This document shows positions 56,632 through 64,000 of a stretch of DNA of 64,000 nt, in pieces; the first letter of the stretch is position 1; each line of letters opens with the position of its first letter. The DNA lies in contig BTVV01000018.1 of assembly GCA_045863855.1 (NCBI GenBank), forward strand, positions 1,745 through 65,744. The letters are read 5' to 3'. Source of the stretch: Planctomycetota bacterium (GTDB lineage Bacteria > Planctomycetota > SZUA-567 > H5-PLA8). The position numbers and the translations under genes were made by a program. Under the pieces are notes generated by a model, which saw only the letters and a program-made list of their open reading frames with translations, made no database searches and was not told the DNA's origin.

Positions 56632-58565
56632 ACACTCCCGCCGCGAAGCCCACGCGCGTATTGCTGATCGAAGACCAGGCGCTGGACAGCCGATGGGTCG
56701 TCGAGGCGCTGAAGCGGGTCGCGCCAGGATGTTTTGAGACCCACGTGGCCGAAACGCTGCGCGAAGGGCTGGCCTGCTTGCAGACTTTCGAGCCGAACGT
56801 TGTATTGACCGATCTGTCCCTGCCGGACAGCCACGGACTGGATACCTGCCTTCAGGTCCTGGACGGCGCGCCGCACCTTCCCCTCGTAGTCCTAACCTGC
56901 AACAACGACCAATCGCTGGCCCTGGAAGCCGTTCACGCCGGAGCGCAGGGGTATCTGGTCAAAGGCGAATCCAGTCCGGATGTGCTGGTGCGGACGATCC
57001 GTTATGCGATCGAGCGCAAGCGCATCGAAGATCAGTTGCGGCAAGAACGCGACCGCATGCAACTGTACCTCGAGACCGCGCATACGTTCATGCTTGCCCT
57101 GGATTGCGAGGGGCGCGTAACGATGCTCAATCGCGTCGCGCAGGAAGTCCTGGGTTACAAGGAGCGCGATCTACTGGGACAGGATTGGTTCGAGACTTGT
57201 GTGCCCGTATCGTTCCGCGCGCGGCTACGCCAGGATTTTACGCGCATGCTCGCCACCAAGGTGGTCCACAACGGGCGCTACGAGTCGCCGGTATTGACCC
57301 GGGACGGCCAGGAACGTCTCTTCGAATGGCGCTGCGGCTTGCTACTCGACGCGCAGAACCAACCCACCGGCTGCCTCAGTTCGGGACAGGACATTACGGA
57401 CCAGAAGCAACTCGAGAATCAGCTTTTCATGGCCCAGAAGATGGAAGCGGTGGGGCAACTGGCGGGCGGCGTGGCGCACGATTTCAATAACCTCATGACC
57501 GTGGTCACCGGGTATAGCGCGCTGCTGCTCAAACAGTTGCCGGCCGACCATCCGCACCGCTCGTCCATGGAAGCGATCGCCCGCGCTGGCCAGCGCGCCG
57601 CGACGCTCACGCGGCAGTTGCTCGCCTTTTCGCGCAAGCAGGTCATCGCGCCGCAGGTGCTGGACCTGAATGCGTGCATGGCCGAATCCGAGAAGATGCT
57701 GCGCCGTCTGATACACGAAAGCATCGCACTGGTCACGAAATTCGAGCCCGACTTGTACCCCGTTTTCGTGGATCCCACCCAAATCGAGCAGATCGTGCTC
57801 AACCTGGTGGTCAACGCGCGGGACGCCATGCCCAAAGGGGGCACGCTGGAGTTGGAGACCGCCAACGTAACGTGGGACGCGGCCTACGTGCGCAAACACC
57901 CCATGGCCAGCCCCGGCGATTACGCCATGCTGGGCGTCTCCGACACCGGCCATGGCATGGACGAACGAACCAAGGCGCGGATCTTCGAGCCCTTTTTCAC
58001 CACCAAGGAGCGCGGCCAAGGCACGGGCCTGGGACTCTCGACCGTATACGGCATCGTGAAACAAAACCGCGGGTTCATCTGGGTCCAAAGCGAGCCCGGG
58101 CGCGGAACGTCGTTTAAAATCTATTTTCCGCGCTGCCAACCCGGAGGCAAGAAGTTCGAAAGCCGTACGGCCATGGCGGCGGTTCGCGGCGGGCCTGAAA
58201 CGATTCTCGTGGTCGAGGACGAACAGTGGGTCCGGGAACTGGTCGAGAAGATCCTGCGCGAACAAGGCTATCGCGTACTCAGCGCCTGCGACGGAGTCGC
58301 CGCGCTTGAAGTGGCAGGGCAGCACGACGGCCCGATTCACCTGCTAGCCACCGATGTGGTCATGCCGCGCATGGGCGGCCCCGACCTCGCCCGCGAACTG
58401 GTCAAGGAACGGCCGGAAACTCGCGTGCTTTACCTCAGCGGATACGCCGACAACGCCCTGTTCAACCAAGGCATACTGCAGGAGGGGACGCATCTGCTCG
58501 AAAAGCCGTTCCCGCCCGAAGCACTCGCGAGCAAAGTGCGCAGTATTCTCGAAAGCAGCGAATAA
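56628..58565 (+). CDS. hybrid sensor histidine kinase (REC-PAS-HisKA-HATPase-REC)
   Basis: N-terminal REC (VLLIEDQALD...VVLTDLSLPDSHG), PAS, H-box VAHDFNNLMTVVTGY, HATPase (DTGHGMD, GTGLGLSTVYGIV), C-terminal REC (ILVVEDEQWVR...HLLATDVVMPRMGG). ATGA overlap with the NtrC-type gene. Confidence 0.85.
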   Translation: MNTPAAKPTRVLLIEDQALDSRWVVEALKRVAPGCFETHVAETLREGLACLQTFEPNVVLTDLSLPDSHGLDTCLQVLDGAPHLPLVVLTCNNDQSLALEAVHAGAQGYLVKGESSPDVLVRTIRYAIERKRIEDQLRQERDRMQLYLETAHTFMLALDCEGRVTMLNRVAQEVLGYKERDLLGQDWFETCVPVSFRARLRQDFTRMLATKVVHNGRYESPVLTRDGQERLFEWRCGLLLDAQNQPTGCLSSGQDITDQKQLENQLFMAQKMEAVGQLAGGVAHDFNNLMTVVTGYSALLLKQLPADHPHRSSMEAIARAGQRAATLTRQLLAFSRKQVIAPQVLDLNACMAESEKMLRRLIHESIALVTKFEPDLYPVFVDPTQIEQIVLNLVVNARDAMPKGGTLELETANVTWDAAYVRKHPMASPGDYAMLGVSDTGHGMDERTKARIFEPFFTTKERGQGTGLGLSTVYGIVKQNRGFIWVQSEPGRGTSFKIYFPRCQPGGKKFESRTAMAAVRGGPETILVVEDEQWVRELVEKILREQGYRVLSACDGVAALEVAGQHDGPIHLLATDVVMPRMGGPDLARELVKERPETRVLYLSGYADNALFNQGILQEGTHLLEKPFPPEALASKVRSILESSE

Positions 58566-58568
58566 GGG

Positions 58569-58928
58569 TTACGAAGCGACTTGAGCGAGCTGGTTCTTCA
58601 CCTCTTGAACCAACGCATCGAACTCGATGGGTTTGGTCAAGACGGGGCAGTCCACGCCCGCCAGCTCACCGCTGGCGGTGCCGGTAACGAAGATGAATCG
58701 GCCGCGCAACTCCGGACGCGACTGGCAGATGCGATGGTACAGTTCGAGCCCGTTCAGCCGGGGCATGTCAAAATCCGTAACCACCACCTGCCACTCGCCT
58801 TTAGCCAATAGCTCCAATGCACCCTGGCCGTCGATCGCTTCCACGAGTTCCGCATTAAGCGGAGCAAGCAAGGAACGAATCAGGTTGCGAATGTCGGTGT
58901 TGTCTTCGACCACCAGAATGCGCGACAT
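58569..58928 (-). CDS. single-domain response regulator (CheY-like)
   Basis: ILVVEDNTDIRNLIRSLL...VVTDFDMPRLNGLEL. Start at MSRILVV (58928); the ORF could extend to 58985. Confidence 0.7.
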   Translation of the reverse strand: MSRILVVEDNTDIRNLIRSLLAPLNAELVEAIDGQGALELLAKGEWQVVVTDFDMPRLNGLELYHRICQSRPELRGRFIFVTGTASGELAGVDCPVLTKPIEFDALVQEVKNQLAQVAS

Positions 58929-59287
58929 GAACGAAACCCGTGGCTGAGCGGTATGCAAAATCGTTGCGGGTTCATTTTGTTTCACGTTTCATCCGTTGCA
59001 AGCGATTCCCGTGGTGGATGGTCGATAAATAGCAATATCGCGGATTTGTGCGTACGAGCTGCAACGAGCGCGTGAGCAATAGGCGCCCAGGATCAGATGG
59101 AGCCGGTTTGTGAAAACGATATATTTGTTGCGCCGCGCAACTCGGTGCAGCACCCATGCAATCACTCATAAATAACCTATTATTATACTAATTTACTTGC
59201 GTAAGCACGATGTGAAGGTAATTATGGTAAAGCGTTAAACGAAACACGCCGCGCAGCCACCAACTAGAAGGTAAGTGGAGAAGCGCT

Positions 59288-62200
59288 ATGCTTTCACACC
59301 CTCCAAATCACAATGTTCATATCGACAGTAGTCTGCATGTAGTGATGCTGGTGCTGCTGGCAATCTCTTTCACGATGGCCGCCCCAAGCGCTCACGCCGG
59401 CTCTGCCAACTTAGAAATCACCAGCATTAGCGATGCGCCCGATCCCTTCGCCGGAGCAGGCGGAGCGCCCTGGATCATGAATGCTCAGGTTCGCTATCCG
59501 GTGATCCTGCCTAGCCGGCAAGGCGGTGTGCTCAGCAACGCGACCGAAGTGTATGTGCTGACCGAGTTGCAACGCTCGAACGGCTCGACGGTACAGACGT
59601 TGGAGTCGAGCTTTCCGGCCGATCGCCGCCCGGGACAGCCCGTGGGCAGCGCGGTACAGGCGGTCGTGCATTCCTGGAACGGGACGGACATCAACGGGCA
59701 AGCGCTCCCGCCGGGCCGATATAATTACACGGTTCGCGCCTATTTGGTGGAAACGCTCACCATACGCGTGCTGCGGTTTACCATTCGAATTACGGTCGTG
59801 CTCATGACCAGCTCTCCGCGCAGCGGAACGGTGGAGATCCGCGCGGGCGATACGCAGGCGCCTACGATCACGCCGCTCGCTCCGTCCGACGGCGCGTGGT
59901 TGGCCCAGGCCCAACCCGCGATCTCCGCCGCATTCGCCGATGTGGGCAGCGGCGTGAATCCCGCCTCGGTCTCCGTCTGGCTGGATGGCGTGGCGCGCAG
60001 CGTAAGCGCGAACGCCGGCGGCTTCAGCTTCACGCCCCCCGCGCCGCTGTCCGATGGCCGCCACGACGTTCGCGTCGAACTTCGCGACCTGGCCGGCAAT
60101 CCGGCTGCGGCGCAATGGAGCTTCTATACCGATACGGCGGACCCGGTGGTTTCCGGCATGGCACCCGCGGCCGATGCGTGGACGAACAGCCGGAACCCGG
60201 CGCTGGCCGCAAGCTTCGGCGATCCCGCGCCGGGATCCGGCATCGATCCGGCGTCGATCCGCGTCTTCCTCGATGGCGCGGATCTTTCCGCGAACGCCAC
60301 GGCATCGGGCTTCGCCTTTAATGCTCCGGTACCTTTAATGGACGGTCCGCATACGTTGCTGGTGCAGCTGGCCGACCGGGTCGGTCATGCGGTCACGGCC
60401 GCACGGAGCTTTTTCGTGGACGCCACCGCGCCGGTCTTCGCGGACCTCTCGCCCGCGAACGGCGCGCTGGTGCCGGACGGCGATCCGGTCCTATCCGGGA
60501 GCTTTTCCGACGGCGGCAGCGGCATCGATGCGAACAGCTTCGCGTTGCGGCTGAACGGCTCGTCCATCGCCGCGACGCTGAGCCCCGACCGCTTCACCCA
60601 TACGCCGCTTTCGTGGCTCGAGGACGGCCTGTATCAGGCCGAGGCCGAAGTGCGCGACGCGGCCGGAAACCGCGGCCTCGCGGCCTGGTCGTTCCGCATC
60701 GATACGCGCGCGCCGGTCATCACGAACTTGATGCCGGCCGGTGGCGGCTGCACGAACGATCCGCGTCCGGTCTTTTCAGCGGTATTCGGCGATGCCGAGT
60801 CGGGCAGCGGGATCGATCCGGCGCGCACGCGCGTGTTGCTGAACGGATCGGATGTAACGGAACAAGCCCAAGTGCTGGCCGGGGGCTTCGTTTTCCAGCC
60901 GGCCGAGCCCTTGCCCGACGGCGTGCACGGCCTGCGGCTGGAAATTTACGATCGCGCCGGCCACTCGGCCGCGGCAGAGACGTCCGTCGAAGTCGACACC
61001 ACGCCCCCGCCGGCGCCGGTGATCGATCAGGTGGTCCGCACGGCCGACCGCGTGACGGTCTCGGGCGATTCGCCGCACGACGTCGTGGCCATCCTGGCCA
61101 CGGCCGACGGCGCGATCGTCGAAAGCGCGATCATCGCGAGCTTCGTGGTGGTGTTCGCAAAGGATGGGCAGGAGACCTTCGACTTCTCCTTGCGCTTCCG
61201 CGATTGCGCGGGCAATGTCGGACCGGCCACGTCGGCACAGGAGAGCTTCCTGAGCGATCCGAGCGGTCCTCCCTTGGCATTCCAGAGCGCGGGGCTCCTG
61301 ATTCCGTCGGGCAAGAAGCGCGTGGACCGCAACGGGACGATGTTCACCAACAGCACCACGATCACCGCGCGTTTCGCGCTCAGCGGCGGAACCGCGCCGT
61401 ACTTCGCGACAGTCAACGGCATCGAAGCCGAGCCCGTGGGTTCGCTGGGCTCGGTGTACGAGGTCACCTTCGCCGGACTCCCCGAAGGAGCGCACACGTT
61501 CACGCTCCAAGCCACCGACACGTCCGACCGGACCGTGGAAACGAACCTCGAAGCGTTCGTGGACCTGACGCCGCCCGTGCTGCGGATTCGAAGCGCGACG
61601 CGCACCTTCCCCCTGGACCACCTGATCACCAACCAGGCTTGGCGCTTCTGCGAGGTTTCGGGCGAAGCCGGCGACGATGCTTCAGGCCCAGCCACGGTGC
61701 AGGTGGATATTTTCTGCTGCACTGATTTCGAATTGAGGCGCGAGACGCTGATTCTGGACCCGGCGAATCCCATGGCGTGGTTCGCCACCTCGGTGGGCAT
61801 CGGCGGAGCCGAGCGCCAGTATCCCGTCACGGTGCGTCTCTTCGACGCGCTGGGCAACAGCGTGAGCCAATCGTTCGCCATCGAACTCGATACGCACAAG
61901 CCCGGCGTGGATCCTTTCGAACCGGGCGCCGGCAACGGCCATCTGCTCCCGTACGGGCACACCGACGGCTGGCTGCAGACCGACACGACGGCTTGGGGCG
62001 ATGCCCATGCCTATATCCCGCCCGATTCGGGTACGCCGGTGGCGACGATCCCGCTCCCGCTGACTTCGACGCGCTACCTCCTGGTGCGGCGCGAACAGAG
62101 CCTCGGACCGGTGTGCGTGACGGTACCCGTGGCCGACCTGGCCGGAAATACGGGCGATCTGATCGTGCATTTCGAGGAACTGCAGATCGAAAACATCACC

Positions 62201-63343
62201 GCGAGCGCCGCTTCGCCGCTGGTGCTGGTGCCCGCCGGACCTCCCGAATTGCGCCGCGAACACGCCGAAGAGCAGATCCGCAACGCGCTGCGTCTGGACA
62301 TCTTGGACCGCGCCGTATTCCTCTTCCAGTCCAACTCGGCGCAAAGCGCGGCGTATGAACTGTCCATGCCCGTCCGGGGCGAGATCGACAACACCCACAG
62401 CTTCCTGACTCGCGGGCAATTGGTTTTCCTGCGCACCAACGGGAACCCCGACACGGCCGACATTCACAACCTGGATCTCGAAGCCTTCGCGATCGACGGA
62501 CTCGACATCGCATCCTCTACGCGCTGGCTGGGTCCGCCGCTGGAAATTCCGCACACGCTCTCGATCACGGCGCGCGTCACCTTCGACGGCGCGGACCTGA
62601 CCGTGACCGAAGCGGTGAACTTCTACATCACCGCCTCAGGGCCGGGGCCGGCCTTCGAGGACGGCGTGCCCACGTTCGACCGTGCTTCGCGCGTCAGCCC
62701 GGGCACGCTGGTACTGCCGCGCGAAGACGAGGATGAAAAGCTGGTGGAAGTCTTTATCGCCGCTCAGCTCGGTACGGCCCCGGAGTCCTACTTCCCGTAT
62801 ATCGACGGCTTGGAAGTGGTCAGCGCCGACGGCACGCAAGGATCCGCCATGGTACGCTTGCTGCCCAGCCGAGGTACGCCCAACGAAGAGGGATACGTGG
62901 AAGGTTCGCCCACCGGACTTCTGCCAGTCATGGGCGCCCCAGAGATGCTGAACGTGGTCAGCGTCCGGCCCAGTCAACTGGAGCCCGGCACCAAGATGAC
63001 GCTCACGATCTCCGGCGGCGACTTGCCCGATGCGAACCGGCCCATAGGACCGTTCGACTACGCGGACGACGAAGAGTTGTGGACGCGGCTGGAGCGCCAG
63101 GATCTGGCGGGCAGCTTCGGATTCGAGCGCAGCGTGGGCGACCTGCCGCCACCGGGCGCCGATTCGGCAATCGAAGTCCTGCGCGTCCGCGTGCGCAAAG
63201 ATCCGCGCGTGTACACCTCGCTGGGGCACGTGGACCTGGAAGTGCTCGTCGGCGCCGATGTGCCGCAGGGCCTCTACGACCTTGTCGTGCCGCTGAAAGC
63301 CGGCGGAACTCTACGGCTGCCGCACGTCTTACGCGTGCCCTAG
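59288..63343 (+). CDS. large secreted protein (1351 aa) with N-terminal FlgD-Ig-like domain and ≥4 tandem bacterial Ig-like repeats
   Basis: Signal peptide (VVMLVLLAISFTMAAPSAHA). WNGTDINGQALPPGRYNYTVRA resembles the FlgD Ig-like domain. Four ~96-aa repeats each containing DT.AP...P..GA......P..SA.F.D..SGIDPAS..V.LDG. Confidence 0.75.
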   Translation: MLSHPPNHNVHIDSSLHVVMLVLLAISFTMAAPSAHAGSANLEITSISDAPDPFAGAGGAPWIMNAQVRYPVILPSRQGGVLSNATEVYVLTELQRSNGSTVQTLESSFPADRRPGQPVGSAVQAVVHSWNGTDINGQALPPGRYNYTVRAYLVETLTIRVLRFTIRITVVLMTSSPRSGTVEIRAGDTQAPTITPLAPSDGAWLAQAQPAISAAFADVGSGVNPASVSVWLDGVARSVSANAGGFSFTPPAPLSDGRHDVRVELRDLAGNPAAAQWSFYTDTADPVVSGMAPAADAWTNSRNPALAASFGDPAPGSGIDPASIRVFLDGADLSANATASGFAFNAPVPLMDGPHTLLVQLADRVGHAVTAARSFFVDATAPVFADLSPANGALVPDGDPVLSGSFSDGGSGIDANSFALRLNGSSIAATLSPDRFTHTPLSWLEDGLYQAEAEVRDAAGNRGLAAWSFRIDTRAPVITNLMPAGGGCTNDPRPVFSAVFGDAESGSGIDPARTRVLLNGSDVTEQAQVLAGGFVFQPAEPLPDGVHGLRLEIYDRAGHSAAAETSVEVDTTPPPAPVIDQVVRTADRVTVSGDSPHDVVAILATADGAIVESAIIASFVVVFAKDGQETFDFSLRFRDCAGNVGPATSAQESFLSDPSGPPLAFQSAGLLIPSGKKRVDRNGTMFTNSTTITARFALSGGTAPYFATVNGIEAEPVGSLGSVYEVTFAGLPEGAHTFTLQATDTSDRTVETNLEAFVDLTPPVLRIRSATRTFPLDHLITNQAWRFCEVSGEAGDDASGPATVQVDIFCCTDFELRRETLILDPANPMAWFATSVGIGGAERQYPVTVRLFDALGNSVSQSFAIELDTHKPGVDPFEPGAGNGHLLPYGHTDGWLQTDTTAWGDAHAYIPPDSGTPVATIPLPLTSTRYLLVRREQSLGPVCVTVPVADLAGNTGDLIVHFEELQIENITASAASPLVLVPAGPPELRREHAEEQIRNALRLDILDRAVFLFQSNSAQSAAYELSMPVRGEIDNTHSFLTRGQLVFLRTNGNPDTADIHNLDLEAFAIDGLDIASSTRWLGPPLEIPHTLSITARVTFDGADLTVTEAVNFYITASGPGPAFEDGVPTFDRASRVSPGTLVLPREDEDEKLVEVFIAAQLGTAPESYFPYIDGLEVVSADGTQGSAMVRLLPSRGTPNEEGYVEGSPTGLLPVMGAPEMLNVVSVRPSQLEPGTKMTLTISGGDLPDANRPIGPFDYADDEELWTRLERQDLAGSFGFERSVGDLPPPGADSAIEVLRVRVRKDPRVYTSLGHVDLEVLVGADVPQGLYDLVVPLKAGGTLRLPHVLRVP
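59849..61004 (+). repeat. four tandem ~288-bp repeats encoding Ig-like domains within the large secreted protein gene
   Basis: Protein-level repeats starting DTQAPTITPLAP, DTADPVVSGMAP, DATAPVFADLSP, DTRAPVITNLMP, each with the SGIDPAS/SGVNPAS core. Confidence 0.65.
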
Positions 63344-63421
63344 AGCGTTATCGGAAATGCTGTATCGCCATCTGCTTGCCCCGGCGAGCCGCATCTCCGT
63401 TGCAACGTATTGGGCCGTATA

Positions 63422-63997
63422 TCATTTCTGAAAACGCTCAAGCGCGACCTCGGGAAGCGCCAAGCGCCGCTGCGTCCCGTTGTAGCGGTGCAGGGTCAAG
63501 CCCGCGGCGTCCCGTTCGACGCGCGCGAGCTCGGGCGATCCACGATGGAATTCCAGCGCCGCGCCGAAGATCCGCGCGTTACCGAGCGCTCGGGCCAAGA
63601 TCGTGCCGCGATCCAGCGCAGCCGGATTGCCCGGGGTACGCCCCCACGTGAGTTCGAACGGCGCGTCGCATGTGACGCACAACCTCAGCCAGCCGCCGTG
63701 GCCCAGCCTCCAATCGGCCACTGCATGAGCGAGGCCCGCGGCCGATTGGCGCGCGGTCAAGAGCCCGTAGACGCCTGTATCGGGGAGCGCCGGTAAAGCG
63801 GATGCGGACTCGCTGGAACGCTCCGCATGCACCCGCAGCGCGCCCCGGGCGTGGAACACGAATCCGCAGCGCCGTTCGCCGGAGGCCTCCAGGCGGTCGG
63901 CCAGCGCCACGAAGTCCGAACCGAAAAAAACGGTGCGAGCCAGGCGCGCGCCGTCGTACACGCCTTCGCGCACTTCGTCCCCGCGCCGCTGCATCAC
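63422..63997 (-). CDS. hypothetical protein, 5' part may extend beyond the window
   Basis: ORF runs to the window edge. No recognisable motifs. Could be a GC artefact. Confidence 0.2.
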   Translation of the reverse strand: MMQRRGDEVREGVYDGARLARTVFFGSDFVALADRLEASGERRCGFVFHARGALRVHAERSSESASALPALPDTGVYGLLTARQSAAGLAHAVADWRLGHGGWLRLCVTCDAPFELTWGRTPGNPAALDRGTILARALGNARIFGAALEFHRGSPELARVERDAAGLTLHRYNGTQRRLALPEVALERFQK

Positions 63998-64000
63998 TTT

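Noticed and set aside
58990-59020. Possible σ54 -24/-12 element TGGCTGAGCGGTATGCA upstream of the Ig-like gene
   Set aside because: GG-to-GC spacing is 11 instead of 10 nt, and it lies ~270 nt upstream of the start codon. Not convincing without a proper scan.
1-64000. Searched by eye for CRISPR arrays, IS/transposase/integrase genes and toxin-antitoxin pairs
   Set aside because: No short direct repeats with spacers and no recombinase or transposase motifs (DDE, tyrosine recombinase R..H..R..Y) recognised. The window appears to be core chromosomal apart from the small low-GC islet.

Overview
This is a high-GC (roughly 65%) bacterial chromosomal window with dense coding on both strands. I found no IS elements, transposases, integrases or CRISPR arrays. 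Because of the GC content, many long antisense ORFs in the six-frame track are spurious, and I assigned genes by recognisable motifs. Main blocks, in order: (1) A large secreted subtilisin-like (S8) protease with an internally duplicated PKD+PPC module, an M42-type peptidase, and a zinc-ribbon/TM/LamG membrane protein (0.3-7.4 kb). (2) A respiratory island (7.7-23.4 kb). It has a split cytochrome b (N-terminal b6-like and C-terminal subunit-IV-like genes), a HEAT-repeat membrane protein, and a minus-strand oxidase-biogenesis operon (ctaA, ctaB, ABC ATPase, ABC-2 permease, SCO1/SenC, DUF420) with overlapping start/stop codons. It also has a Rieske protein with an Ala/Lys/Pro-rich N-terminus, a 1376-aa membrane-anchored octaheme cytochrome c (8 CxxCH) with a long coiled coil, and two paralogous cupredoxin-like secreted proteins flanking the Rieske/cytochrome c pair. 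(3) A carbohydrate-utilisation cluster (β-jelly-roll lyase-like protein, DUF4091/GH123-like hydrolase with CBM-like N-terminus, GntR+sugar-binding regulator with a perfect palindromic operator), plus HemW. (4) tRNA-Met(CAU) followed 7 nt later by a 1070-aa Ser/Thr kinase. (5) A lower-GC islet with a DUF2950-like membrane protein and a zinc-ribbon/ACP-like protein. (6) etfB and etfA with a zinc-ribbon ORF inserted between them, and a xylulokinase. (7) A hybrid sensor kinase, a DCC/Tpx/2-Cys peroxiredoxin oxidative-stress cluster, and an HD-GYP protein. (8) A LysM lipoprotein, three tandem small membrane-protein genes (two are paralogs), and purC. (9) Two tandem TPR-lipoprotein paralogs that are translationally coupled through an overlapping GTG start and TGA stop. 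(10) A dense signalling cluster (REC, REC-REC, σ54 NtrC-type activator, hybrid HK, REC) next to a 1351-aa secreted protein with tandem Ig-like repeats and an AT-rich promoter region. The most interesting candidate systems are the unusual bc-type complex (split cyt b + Rieske + coiled-coil octaheme cyt c + paired cupredoxins) and the tandem small membrane-protein cassette.
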